Positions 24,613 to 36,947 of a DNA stretch of 64,000 nt are shown here, piece by piece (within the stretch, counting starts at the first letter, position 1; each line of letters begins with the position of its first letter). The stretch is taken from positions 744,001 through 808,000 of the forward strand of contig OZ218959.1 in assembly GCA_965112735.1 (NCBI GenBank), given 5' to 3'. The position numbers were made by a program, and so were the translations under genes. Source of the stretch: Phaeosaccion multiseriatum. Taxonomy: Eukaryota; Protista; Ochrophyta, other classes. The notes below the pieces were generated by a model. It did not search any database. It worked only from the letters and a program-made list of their open reading frames with translations, and was not told the origin of the DNA.

Positions 24613-26855
24613 AAGCTCGAGTTCCCCAAATGGCGACAATCCGGATTCGAACATACCAAACACCTTTGAGACTCCACAACTTCCCCCCCCCAAGGCCGAG
24701 GCCAACCAGCCAAGGACTGAGAAAACTGTGGGGCGAAAAGGAGCAGCGCACACACAAACCTCTAATAGAACTATAGCAAACCAATGGGGAAAGAAACAAA
24801 GTCCAAAACCCCATGCATCTAGCAGCAGGCAAAGCAGCAAAGCATCCATATTCTAAAGCGTAGCACCAACTTCTTCAGCAAACAAAAGAAAATACCGGTG
24901 TGACACAACACCAAAAAGAAAAATGAGAACAACCACATACTAACCGACCCGTACCCGTTGTGCACACAGCGAGCTGAAGCATGAATACCGATCAATGCCA
25001 ACCCCCCAAGTCGTAGCGCCAGCAGTGTTGCCTCCAAAAGAAAATCAAGCTCGCGAGTTCCAGAAGAGTTGATCAGACCCTTCGCAATAAGCAGCAGTAG
25101 CAGTAGCAGCAATCCCATCAATAAAGCAAACGAAATCCCAAATGCGTGCAGCGAATCCTCGTCGCAATGTGTGTCACCAAAGGACGGCAATACCTCCAAA
25201 CAAAGCCGCAAGTAGAGCAGCATAATCCAATTTCCATAGCAAGCACCAAGTAACCAGCTCCAGCAGCATCCATACGGCATATACATCGCGAAAACACTGC
25301 GAAATCCGCTGACAAGGCGGGCATAAACAGCAAAGTGCGTCCGATGCAGCAAATTCAAATTCTTTTCGGAATCACAGATCCAAAAAAGCCCATATAACCA
25401 ACCCCTGTAGAAAAGCCGAAAATGCCCTCACAGAAGACACTCATGTTTTCCACTCCAAGCTCCTCGAACATCAACTCGTAGAAGCTATCCTTCAGCATAC
25501 GCCGTACCAAGACCACTCCGCTGCGATTCCAATCGTCCGCCGCGAACTTCCGCTGTACCAGCTGAACAATACAACGAATGCAAAACACCTCGGTGCTGCG
25601 GTCCCGAAAAACGAACAAGTCCAATATCTCAAGCGCTGCTGCACCAATCCATCGACCACCGAGCCCGATCTCAACTTGGTGGAAGCTGAGGGATTTCCTT
25701 TTGTTGTGGCCGAGCCGGTGAGAAAAAGAAATTTAGCAAATCAGCACAAAATAAAAAGCGGGGGGGAGATTTTGGAAACGGTTCCAATGGCCAAGGCGGG
25801 AGGACCCCGAAAAGGTGCGGGGCCGCGGCGCCCTGTGGGGGCTGCATCTTCGGGTGTGCTGGAGCGCCTTTCATCTTCCCCACCACCAGCGGGCGCTCGT
25901 CCTTCTCGTCGAGCTCCTCCGCCGGTGAGCCACCTGGAATGTGGGACAGACCACACACCCCAGACAACCAACAAGCAAGGGGTTCTTATCCTATGTAGAG
26001 CGTGTATTAGCTTTCCATATCAATCTCACTTTCCTATCTATCCTCCTCCTGCGACATGCCGTTCATATGAAGCTCGAGTTCCCCAAATGGCGACAATCCG
26101 GATTCGAACATACCAAACACCTTTGAGACTCCACAACTTCCCCCCCCCAAGACCGAGGCCAACCAGCCAAGGACTGAGAAAACTGTGGGGCGAAAAGGAG
26201 CAGCTCACACACAAACCTCTAATAGAACTAGAGCAAACCAATGGGGAAAGAAACAAAGTCCAAAACCCCATGCATCTAGCAGCGCAAAGCAGCAAAGCAT
26301 CCAGATTCCAAAGCGTAGCACCAACTTCTTCAGCAAACAAAAGAAAACAACTGTGTACAACACCAAAAAGAATAATGAGAACAACCACATACTAACCGAC
26401 CCGTACCCGTTGTGCACACAGCGAGCTGAAGCATGAATACCGATCAATGCCAACCCCCCAAGTCGTAGCGCCAGCAGGGTTGCCTCCAAAAGAAATCAAG
26501 CTCTCGAGCTCCAGAAGAGTTGATCAGACCCTTCGCAATAAGCAGCAGTAGCAGTAGCAGCAATCCCATCAATAAAACAAACCAAATCCCAAATGCGTGC
26601 AGCGAATCCTCGTCTCAATGTGTGTCATCAAAGGACGGCAATACCTCCAAACAAAGCCACAAGCAGAGCAGCATATTCCAATTTCCATAGCAAGCACCAA
26701 GTAACCATCTCCAGGAGCATCCATGCGGCAGATACATCGCGAAAACACTGCGAAATCCGCTGACAAGGCGAGCATAAACAGCAAAGTGCGTCCGATGCAG
26801 CAAATTCAAATTCTTTTCGGAATCACAGATCCAAAAATGCCCATATAACCAATCC

Positions 26856-29800
26856 TCACGGCTGTTTGCGCAAAAGACACCAATCTCCAATCTCTGGCTC
26901 CATAGCAGTGGAATACGAGGCGTACGGCAAAGGCAGCTCCATGCGGTCGCCATCCTCAAACTTAATAACATAGGTAGGCTCGGCTCCTGCAGTACGCTGT
27001 CGAGGCTTGCGCACCTTACTCACTTCTCCACGATACCACACAGTCTTCCGCTCCAAAACCTTGAACGTGTGGAAAACCACCGCCCCAACCTTCAATAACT
27101 TAGCGCAAGCAGCAGCGTCAGCAGGCCTCGGGAGCAACTCAAACCCATCCGGAATTACAAACCCATCACGCTGCAAGGCCTGCCACTCAGTCAATAGACT
27201 CGTCCGCTTTCGCACATGCACACTCTTAGAATGCGCAGCGGGCACACCCTTGCGAAGTAAATCGCGCCAATACGACATCACCTGATCCTCTGTCAGCGTC
27301 GTCTCCATCTCCCACGATATCAAGCCATCCGCCCACTCGACACAATACTCAATCGAAGTATGCCCCTGCGTCAACTTCGTCAAGCGATGGTCCACAATCC
27401 GCCGAAAAATCCACTCACCAACACTACCATCATCAGGCTGTACGTCGTCCTCCAGCAAGGCAATGCGACGACCTTCAATACGACGGGAAAGGTAATACTC
27501 GCAAAGGCCAGAAGGCAAACCCTTTGGGCGATCAGCGTCAGCGTCAGCAGGATGGAAGCATTTCTTCACGCGATGAACCGAAACCATTTTCTCCTTGCCA
27601 TCACACTCCTTCACACAGATACAATTTACAGGAGCAACATTTCCGCCACGCAGCCCATCCTTCGCGATCGGAGCAGACGCAGGAGCCAAAGAACCCACAT
27701 TTACAATCTCAAGGGGCCCATGCCAAGGATGAAGTAACTTTCCCGCTCTAGACCGCCCATCAGGCCCAACAAACGTACCCCGGGGGTCATAGACGTAAAC
27801 GTAATCACCAACCTTGAAAGGCAACTTGCGTAGCTTGAAGGCATCGGAAATATCGGCAGAACGGCGGGAAGAAGTCACACGCTTGGTCCCACTAAGGATT
27901 TCCTCCGTGCGCTTGGAATTCCTCCGTTCAGCCGCAGCATGTGTCGCACGAATGTACTTGTCTGCCGCCAACAAACGCTCACGAAGTCTCACAAGGAAGT
28001 CAGTATCACCAACATCGAGAATGTCCGGGCAGAGGAAGGAATCCAAATCACGCTCCAACAAAGGCAAAGGGAAGCGCGGTGCTCTCCCATGACAAATCTC
28101 ATACGGAGAAATACCTCTACCAGCTTGCCTTGACCAGTTGTATGCCCTCGCAATGTGCGGCAGAAAAAGATGCCAATCACTCTGAAAGTCGCAAACTAGC
28201 ATGCTCAATCCACGGGCCAAAACTTTCATGAACGACTCCGCAGAACCATTGCTCATAGCGTGATAGGCAGTAGTGTGCAAGTGCCTCACCTTCATCATCG
28301 CGAACACCTCTTCAGCAACGTGTGCAGTGAATTGACTCCCCATGTCGCTCAGAAACGTAGAGGGTGCGCCATGGCGAGCGATGACACCATCCACCAAAAG
28401 CTCCGCTGTGCCCTGAGCTGTGTATTTGGATTGCGTCACAGGGTAAAGCTCGATGTAGCCGCTATAGCGATCACGAACGACGAGGATGTACTGGAAATGC
28501 CCCTCCGTAGTCGTGGGCAAAGGGCCAAAGTAGTCCACCGACGTATGTTGCCACGGGCGAGTAGGCATCTCACTCAAAGCGATAGGCCAGCTGATGCGCC
28601 GTACGCCGAGCGCGCCATCACGTGCCTGACACTGCAAACAGCGGCGCTTCCACCATGAACAGTCTTGCTCCATTGTCGGCCAGTGGTAGTGCCTGCTCAA
28701 AGTATCAAACATTTTCACAACACCGTAATGTCCAGCCCAAGGGGAAGCGTGGCAAGAATCCAAGACCAAGGGCCTCCAAGGCGAAGGAACCACGAGGCGC
28801 TGCTGTACCCCCGCCCCACCTAAAGGCGCGCCGCGTTTCCGTTTGTCTCGATAGACGAGGAGAGGAAGGCCGCACTTAAGACGATGAACCCAACATCCCC
28901 TAGCATCCACTTGAATCTTTTGCGCAGCGACGCGGTCAGATGGCAAGGTTTTATGCTCGACGTATTTGCGGATAGCCAGGCACTCCGAATCCGACTCTTG
29001 GGCACGTGCCCACTCCTCCATAGACAGGTCACCCAAGCTAGTAGGGGCAGAGTGAGAAGTCGACACCGGAGAAGGTGAAGAATCCGTCTCTTGGGTGCGA
29101 AGGGGCAACACCTGAGAAGGGGCAGGGAGGAGTACCCCTACACACAGTTCCACAAGGTTAGAAAAGACCAAAGCAGCGTGGTCAACAAGAGTACCCGAAA
29201 GATTTCGATCTTCGGAATCCGTTACCGTGGCGAATTCAAGGGCGTAGGAGTCAATGGCCTCCTCTTGCTCTCGCAAAATCTGCGCCTCCTCCGGACCAGA
29301 AACAGGCAAAGCGTTGCGCGAGAATCCGTCGGCATTGCCCAGCAGAGTGCCCTTGCGATAAACGATCTTCATCTGGAAGGGGGCAAGCATCTCAAACATC
29401 CGCTGAACACGCGCACTCTTATCCCGGAGACTCTCCATGTAGGCAAGGGCCTTGTGGTCAGTGTAAGCAATAAAATGACTGCCATAAAGCCAGTGGCGGA
29501 ACTTTTTGACCCCATAACAAAGAGCGCCAAGTTCCACATCCCCAACAGACCAATTCTTTTCACTGCCCACCAAAACTCGGCTTGCACAAGCAATAATGCG
29601 CTCTTTTCCTTCAGCATCATCTTGGCTCAAAACCGCCCCAAAGCCACATGTCTGAGCCGCATCAGTGTACAATTTCAGAGGGCGCTCCCCACTCATGGAC
29701 GCTTCAAAATCAGGGTAGGCCAAGGCAACCGCATTCTCCAACTCATCACAGATCTGACGCATACACGAAACACGCTCCGGCGTCATCTCAAAGGGGACCC

Positions 29801-29988
29801 CCTTCTTGGTCAATTCAGTCAGGGGCTGCAAAAGCATAGTCATGCGGGGCGTATAGCGGCGATAGTACCCAGCCAAACCAATAAAACTGCGGAGCTTACC
29901 AATATCAGTAGGGACAGGCATCTGGCGTAAGGCAGCAAGCTTCTTCGGGTCCGTCTTGATGCCTTCCTTGCTGATGATGTGACCCAGT
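26856..29988 (-). pseudogene. pol: Gypsy A pol, 5'-truncated: RT end, RNase H, integrase, chromodomain, Tudor-like domain
   Basis: LYTDAA; H..H..CLQC; VDYFGP..SDMG..AES; WHGP; YCVEWADG; WYRGEV..YVIKFEDGD. Confidence 0.9.
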
Positions 29989-32900
29989 TGAGCCAACTGG
30001 AATGTGGGACAGACCACACACCCCAGACAACCAACAAGCAAGGGGTTCTTATCCTATGTAGAGCGTGTATTAGCTTTCCTTATCAATCTCACTTCCTTAT
30101 CTATCCTCCTCCTGCGACGTGCCGTTCATATGAAGCTCGAGTTCCCCAAATGGCGACAATCCGGATTCGAACATACCAAACACCTTTGAGACTCCACAAC
30201 TTCCCCCCCCCAAGGCCGAGGCCAACCAGCCAAGGACTGAGAAAACTGTGAGGCGAAAAGGAGCAGCTCACACACAAACCTTTAATAGAACTAGAGCAAA
30301 CCAATGGGGAAAGAAACAAAGTCCAAAACCCCATGCATCTAGCAGCAGGCAAAGCAGCAAAGCATCCATATTCCAAAGCGTAGCACCAACTTCTTCAGCA
30401 AACAAAAGAAAATACCGGTGTGACACAACACCAAAAAGAAAAATGAGAACAACCACATACTAACCGACCCGTACCCGTTGTGCACACAGCGAGCTGAAGC
30501 ATGAATACCGATCAATGCCAACCCCCCAAGTCGTAGCGCCAGCAGGGTTGCCTCCAAAAGAAAACCAAGCTCTCGAGCTCCAGAAGAGTTGATCAGACCC
30601 TTCGCAATAAGCAGCAGTAGCAGTAGCAGCAATCCCATCAATAAAGCAAGCCAAATCCCAAATGCGTGCAGCGAATCCTCGTCTCAATGTGTGTCACCAA
30701 AGGACGGCAATACCTCCAAACAACGCCGCAAGTAGAGCAGCATAATCCAATTTCCATAGCAAGCACCAAGTAACCAGCTCCAGCAGCATCCATGCGGCAT
30801 ATACAACGCAAAAACACTATGCAATCCGCTGGCAAGGCTAGCATAAGCAGCAAAGCGCGTCCAATCCAGCAAATTCAAATTCTTTTTGGAATCACAGATC
30901 CAAAAATGTCCATATAACCAACCCCTGTAGAAAAGCCGAAAATGCCCTCACAGAAGCACTCATGTTTTCCACTCCAAGCTCCTCGAACATCAACTCGTAG
31001 AAGCTATCCTTCAGCATACGCCGTACCAAGACCACTCCGCTGCGATTCCAATCGTCCGCCGCGAACTTCCGCTGTACCAGCTGAGCAATACAACGAATGC
31101 AAAACACCTCGGTGCTGCGGTCCCGAAAAACGAACAAGTCCAATATCTCAAGCGCTGCTGCACCAATCCATCGACCACCGAGCACGATAGCAAGAGGATA
31201 GTCCATCCCTACTGCCGCAAGTAAGTCGCGCAAGCACAGCAAACCACAAGCCCTTTTCTCTCCTATTGCCCACGTTCACACCGCTCACGAGCCCCAACGC
31301 CGAAAAATCCATCACCTGCTCCTCTGCATCACAGGCAGGCCCCAAAACCCACTCCATAGCTATTGTGAACGACCAAACGGCATGCCTCCGCCTTCCATGG
31401 CAGATAAGTAGCCACACTGCTCAAATGCCCCAATTCCCTTCAGCACCGGACGACGGGCATCTCCGCACACCCCGTAGATGGCCACCAAATGCTGCTGCAC
31501 CTCCCGAAATGCAAACGCCTTACACTCCCAATGCCGCCTTCCAATTCCCAATGCCTCCCTTGCATGCTGCGCCCCACCTGTCGCTCTTCGCTTCGCTGTT
31601 CTGGCCACAGGTTCAAGATCCGCTCCACACGCAAACTCAAGGCGCCAACCACCATCAAAGTGCTCCCCGGTTCCTTCCAACAGCCCGAATAGCTGCCTTC
31701 GTATCCATGCTGTCACCGCTGGTGCTCGTACTAACGGCCTTGCTGTTGCTGCTTGTTCTGAGAGCCCAATTGCACCACTGCTGCCGTCCTTCTCTCGCGC
31801 AAAAACTCTCCAGGGGCGAGGAAGATGAACACAATGCCACCTTCCGGCTATCCTTTTGCGACTAATGCACTCACTCCCACTACCCCCGCTGGCCGTGCTC
31901 CCGTGCGGCCCGTGTGCATCGATAGTAGGCTGGGGCGAAGCACTTATTGCTGTTGCTGTTGCGTTGCTGCTAAATTCCGCTTCTCCAAGCGGGGCTGTCT
32001 CTATGGTTATATCCGTGGCGCCAAGCGGGACGTTCGCTATGGCTGTAGGCGAAGCACTCCCGTGGGCATTTTCCGCTGTATCAAGCGGGGCGGCGGCGTT
32101 CTCAATGGCATCACTGATGGCTGTGGCTGTAGCGGTGCTGCAAATTTCCGCTTCTCCAAGCGGGGCTGTCTCTATGGCTGTATCCGCTTCTCCAAGCGGG
32201 GCGTCGGCGTGTTCTATGGCAATTTCCGCTGTATCAAGCGGGGCGGCGGCGTTCTCAATGGCATCACTGATGGCTGTGGCTGTAGCGGTGCTGCAAATTT
32301 CCGCTTCTCCAAGCGGGGCTGTCTCTATGGCTGTATCCGCTTCTCCAAGCGGGGCGTTCTCTATGGCAATTTCCGCTGCGCTAAGCGTGGCTTCCTCTCC
32401 CTCAATTTCCAAAATACTTCGCTCCATTGCGATCCCTGTTGCTTCCCCGCCCTCGTCCGCCTTAGACGGAGCGTAAAAGCTATGCATGTCCAGTGCCTCA
32501 TCACAAGACAGCGATGCTGGCGTATCCCCATGCTGTGCTACTCTCTGCAAACACAAAGCCTTTCTTCGGTCCTCACGCAACGACTCTACCTTTGTCTGTT
32601 GCATCCACTGTTCCACGAACTGCATAGACAGCTGATGCAACCGCAATACATGCTGCTGAAACCGAAGCTGGTCATCACTGCTACGAGGAGAATCCAATCC
32701 AACCATCCTGCTGTGCAATCGCCATCGTTCTAGTCTTTGTCTGCTACAGCCACGCAACACCAACAAAAGGAATATCCCTCAGCTTCCACCAAGTTGAGCC
32801 ACCTGGAATGTGGGACAGACCACACACCCCAGACAACCAACAAGCAAGGGGTTCTTATCCTATGTAGAGCGTGTATTAGCTTTCCTTATCAATCTCACTT

Positions 32901-33004
32901 CCTTATCTATCCTCCTCCTGCGACGTGCCGTTCATATGAAGCTCGAGTTCCCCAAATGGCGACAATCCGGATTCGAACATACCAAACACCTTTGAGACTC
33001 CACA
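29989..33004 (-). mobile_element. Non-autonomous family-A element (LTR-PBS-repeat ORF-3'UTR-PPT-LTR, ~3.0 kb)
   Basis: Two near-identical LTRs, PBS and PPT, no gag/pol homology. Confidence 0.88.
31360..32766 (-). CDS. Unknown ORF of the non-autonomous A element with AIE(N/T)APLGEA(D/E) repeats (468 aa)
   Basis: Open in three copies; non-ATG start in the track; coding status unproven. Confidence 0.4.
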   Translation of the reverse strand: MLVLRGCSRQRLERWRLHSRMVGLDSPRSSDDQLRFQQHVLRLHQLSMQFVEQWMQQTKVESLREDRRKALCLQRVAQHGDTPASLSCDEALDMHSFYAPSKADEGGEATGIAMERSILEIEGEEATLSAAEIAIENAPLGEADTAIETAPLGEAEICSTATATAISDAIENAAAPLDTAEIAIEHADAPLGEADTAIETAPLGEAEICSTATATAISDAIENAAAPLDTAENAHGSASPTAIANVPLGATDITIETAPLGEAEFSSNATATAISASPQPTIDAHGPHGSTASGGSGSECISRKRIAGRWHCVHLPRPWRVFAREKDGSSGAIGLSEQAATARPLVRAPAVTAWIRRQLFGLLEGTGEHFDGGWRLEFACGADLEPVARTAKRRATGGAQHAREALGIGRRHWECKAFAFREVQQHLVAIYGVCGDARRPVLKGIGAFEQCGYLSAMEGGGMPFGRSQ

Positions 33005-35137
33005 CCGGCGCATGATTCGGGTGCCGATACGGGAGATGACCACAGCTCTTCTACTGAGGAGGGCTCCATTGGCCTCGACGGCGAGGATTCCAAATCGCCG
33101 ACGGAGGCGGAGGCGAAGTCGGACGCTGTGCCTGCCAGTGTTGGTCCCCAGTCTCGTGATGCTGCTCCCCCACGTACCGGCGTTGGAGCCCCAGATACTG
33201 CTGCCGTAGCTGATTCGGATGACGGTGTGGAGGAGACTAAGGAAAATCCTCCTGAGGACGCACGTGTGCAGCCCGAGCCTCGAGCGGGACAGGAGCAAGC
33301 CGCTGGTGCCCCTGTCTCCCTGGACTCCATGAGCCTCTTCTTTCAGCGCTTCGCCGAACAGCAGCAGCAGCTGATGTTGGACCAGCATGCACAGGATGAA
33401 GTTCGTCGTGAGAGGGATCGGGCTGACTTTGAGGCTCGTCGTGCTGCGGATTTGGCCGACTTTGAAGCCCGTCGTGTTGCGGAGCGGGCCGAGGCCGAAG
33501 CTCGTCGTGAGGCAGAGCGATCTGATTTTCAAGCTCAGCTTAGGGCTCTCGCTCTTCAGAATCAGCCGCAACAACCCCCCGCCCCCGCCCAGCCTCCTGC
33601 TGCCCCTGTGGCACCAGGCCCACCGCCTCAGCCTCGGAAGGTGAGCTATCCCAATCAGCTGGCACAGGCCCCTCTTCTGTGGCCTCCGCCGCCGGATGCT
33701 CCTCCGGAGGATCAGCTGGAGCGGGTCGGAAGCATCATCGTTGAACACGAGCTCAGCATTGCAAACTCTTCTCCCTTGAGTTTGGACCATTCCAAGCTCT
33801 CGCAATATCCAGACTTTGGTGTGGAGTGGATTAGCCCTGTCTTCGACCGCTTCCATCGCACCATCAATGGCCCTTCCATGGGTGTTGGCTTGGCTGCTAC
33901 TGCTCGGGACTGGCTCACGGATATGCGTACACAAGCGGAGACGACGAGAGCGGAGCGCGGAGACGGCGCGGCTTGGGCTGTTTTTCGCAGTGCATTCTTT
34001 GAGACTTGGGCTAACGTCTCCCTCTCTAGCCTACAGAACCAGATGCTCCTCCTCACACCGGAGCCGGGGGAGCTGCTGCCTACCTACATCGAGCGGATGC
34101 GCAGCAAAATCCGCATTGCCGACCTCTTGGACGGTGGCCTCATGCCTGAGATCGCTCTCCAACGCCTGCTGTCGTCTCTAGAAAATCACTACGCGGCTGA
34201 CTTTGAGAGTACCACTAACATGATTTTCGCCCAGCCCACGCCCGCTCAGGCCACTCTTCTCAAGGGTCGCAAGTGGCCCCTCTTGTGGATCGAGAAGTAC
34301 CCGCGCTTTGACGCACTTGCCGACATGGTGGGACTCCACATGCGCCGTAGCCACGCTTCTTCGTCTGGCCGTCCCGCGGTATCTTTGCTCGGCACCAGAG
34401 ACAGCCCTGTGGAGGTGGGGGCCGCGGAGCGTCCCCACGCCCGCCTCCTCGACCCCACATCACCGCCGCCTCCGCTCGAGAAGGGTCAGTGCTATAGGTG
34501 GCTTCGTAGTGGCGTGTGCTCGACCAAGGATACTACGTGCCCCTATCGCCATCCCGCCCTTGCGCCGGCCTCTCCCGCAGCGCGTCGGGACCCTTCTCCT
34601 GCCCCTGTTCCTCCCCCGGGTGCTGCCGGTCGCGGCGCTGGCGATGGCGCCCCTGTGCATGCCAAGTACTCTGCCGTTGCTAGCCGTGGCGTTGATACTG
34701 CGAGGACTCCGCCCGCTCACACCCATGCCTCCCCGCACTTCCATGGTGCCTCCCGCGCCCAAGATGCTCGCCTGTCGGCTCCTGGTGCGCGGGATGGTCC
34801 TGCAGCTGGTCGCCTCTCCAATCGTGGTCGAGGTGGTGGGCGTCGCATCCTGGGCCGTCGCTTCGTTCCCCGCCGGGCGGAGTCTGTGGTGAACAGGTGT
34901 GATGACTTCCAGACCAACTTTTGCGAGTGGGGAAAGGAGTGTAAGTACGAACACATCCTTTATTGCTGGAATTGCGAGACCGCCGGGCATCACCTGTGGT
35001 TCGCCTGTGGTGCGGGCTACACCGACGCCGCTAAAGACAGCGGGTACGCCTCCCCGGCGGAGTTCGAATCCGAGCAACTCCGATGCGGTGGTTATGCTTC
35101 CCGGCTCTCGGATGCTCAGGGCGAGGATTACTACTGA
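33005..35137 (+). pseudogene. gag: Gypsy A Gag, main part (N-terminus at 25787-25925)
   Basis: Coiled coil, WAVFRSAFFETW capsid-like motif, two CCCH fingers, CWNCETAGHHLWFAC knuckle. Confidence 0.85.
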
Positions 35138-35428
35138 GGGTTCGTACAGGCAGACACCAAGTTGCCCAGCTCTGCCTGTGTGGAACGCGCTGGGCCGACC
35201 CCTTCCTCTGCTGGTATGTGTAAGAGTCAAGGGGAACAGGGGAAATTGGATATGGAGGAGCAGCAAAGGGTGGGGTGTGAGAACCACTCTGAGAAATGTA
35301 CATACATGGGATGGCATGCCGAAATGTTAGCCGCACAAGTACGTTCACACCGCTCACGAGCCCCAACGCCGAAAAATCCATCACCTGCTCCTCTGCATCA
35401 CAGGCAGGCCCCAAAACCCACTCCATAG

Positions 35429-36709
35429 CTATTGTGAACGACCAAACGGCATGCCTCCGCCTTCCATGGCAGATAAGTAGCCACACTGCTCAAATGCCCC
35501 AATTCCCTTCAGCACCGGACGACGGGCATCTCCGCACACCCCGTAGATGGCCACCAAATGCTGCTGTACCTCCCGAAATGCAAACGCCTTACACTCCCAA
35601 TGCCGCCTTCCAATTCCTAATGCCTCCCTTGCATGCTGCGCCCCTCCTGTCGCTCTTCGCTTCGCTGTTCTGGCCACAGGTTCAATATCCGCTCCACACG
35701 CAAACTCAAGGCGCCAACCACCATCAAAGTGCTCCCCGGTTCCTTCCAACAGCCCAAATAGCTGCCTTCGTATCCATGCTGTCACCGCTGATGCTCGTAC
35801 TAACTGCCTTGCTGTTGCTGCTTGTCCTGAGAGCCCAATTGCACCACTGCTGCCGTCCTTCTCTCGCGCAAAAACTCTCCAGGGGCGAGGAAGATGAACA
35901 CAATGCCACCTTCCGGCTATCTTTTTGCGACTAATGCACTCACTCCCACTACCCCCGCTGGCCGTACTCCCGTGCGGCCCGTGTGCATCGATAGTAGGCT
36001 GGGGCAAATCACTTATTGCTGTTGCTGTAGCGTTGCTGCTAAATTCCGCTTCTCCAAGCGGGGCTGTCTCTATGGTTATATCCGTTGCGCCAAGCGGGGC
36101 GTTCTCTATGGCTGTATCCGCTTCTCCAAGCGGGGCTGTCTCTATGGCTTTATCCGCTTCTCCAAGCGGGGCGTTCTCGATGGCTTTATCCGCTTCTCCA
36201 AGCGGGGCGTCGGCGTGTTCTATGGCAATTTCCGCTGCTCCAAGCGGGGCGTCGGCGTTCTCTATGGCAAGTTCCGCTGTTCCAAGCGGGGCGTCGGCGT
36301 TCTCTACGGCTATTTCCGCGTCTCCAAGCGTGGCTTCCTCTCCCTCAATTTCCAAAATACTTCGCTCCATTGCGATTCCTGTTGCTTCCCCGCCCTCGTC
36401 CGCCTTGGACGGAGCGTAAAAGCTATGCATGTCCAGTGCCTCATCACAAGACAGCGATGCTGGCGTATCCCCATGCTGTGCTACTTTCTGCGAACACAAA
36501 GCCTTTCTTCGGTCCTCACGCAACGACTCTGCCTTTGTCTGTTGCATCCACTGTTCCACGAACTGCATAGACAGCTGATGCAACCGCAATACATGCTGCT
36601 GAAACCAAAGCTGGTCGTCACTGCTACGAGGAGAATCCAATCCAACCATCCTGCTGTGCAATCGCCATCGTTCTAGTCTTTGTCTCCTACAGCCACGCAA
36701 CACCAACAA
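35429..36709 (-). CDS. Second copy of the unknown repeat ORF (426 aa)
   Basis: Paralog of 31360..32766 with in-frame repeat-number change. Confidence 0.4.
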   Translation of the reverse strand: MLVLRGCRRQRLERWRLHSRMVGLDSPRSSDDQLWFQQHVLRLHQLSMQFVEQWMQQTKAESLREDRRKALCSQKVAQHGDTPASLSCDEALDMHSFYAPSKADEGGEATGIAMERSILEIEGEEATLGDAEIAVENADAPLGTAELAIENADAPLGAAEIAIEHADAPLGEADKAIENAPLGEADKAIETAPLGEADTAIENAPLGATDITIETAPLGEAEFSSNATATAISDLPQPTIDAHGPHGSTASGGSGSECISRKKIAGRWHCVHLPRPWRVFAREKDGSSGAIGLSGQAATARQLVRASAVTAWIRRQLFGLLEGTGEHFDGGWRLEFACGADIEPVARTAKRRATGGAQHAREALGIGRRHWECKAFAFREVQQHLVAIYGVCGDARRPVLKGIGAFEQCGYLSAMEGGGMPFGRSQ

Positions 36710-36947
36710 AAGGAAAATCCCTCAGCTTCCACCAAGTTGAGCTACCTGGGATGTGGGACAGACCACACACCCCAGACAACCAACAAGCAAGGGGTTCGTA
36801 TCCTATGTTGAGCGTGTATTAGCTTTCCTTATCAATCCCACTTTTCTATCTATCCTCCTCCTGCGACATGCCGTTCATATGAAGCACGTGTTCCCCAAAT
36901 GGCGACAATCCGGATTCGAACATACCAAACACCTTTGAGACTCCACA

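Larger units (their letters stand above)
25926..33004 (-). mobile_element. Three-LTR composite of family A (LTRs 25926-26135, 29989-30198, 32795-33004)
   Basis: 4-bp TSD ccgg at 25922-25925 and 33005-33008; contains a pol fragment plus a complete non-autonomous unit. Confidence 0.85.
25670..35340 (+). mobile_element. 5' fragment of autonomous Gypsy A (last 4 nt of LTR, PBS, gag), split by the insertion 25926-33004
   Basis: ctca-act-tggtggaagctgaggga; gag ATG 25787 continues in frame at 33005 across TSD ccgg. Confidence 0.82.
23082..36947 (-). mobile_element. Non-autonomous family-A element with multiple nested inserts (LTRs 23082-23291 and 36738-36947)
   Basis: PBS next to 36738; ORF 35429-36709; 3'UTR/PPT 24680-25669; flanks aatg and gcgt do not match, so probably recombinant. 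Confidence 0.75.

Noticed and set aside
31825-32733. Cys/Gly-rich antisense ORFs (RFSKRGCLYG repeats)
   Set aside because: Reverse-frame translation of the 36-bp minisatellite; no independent support
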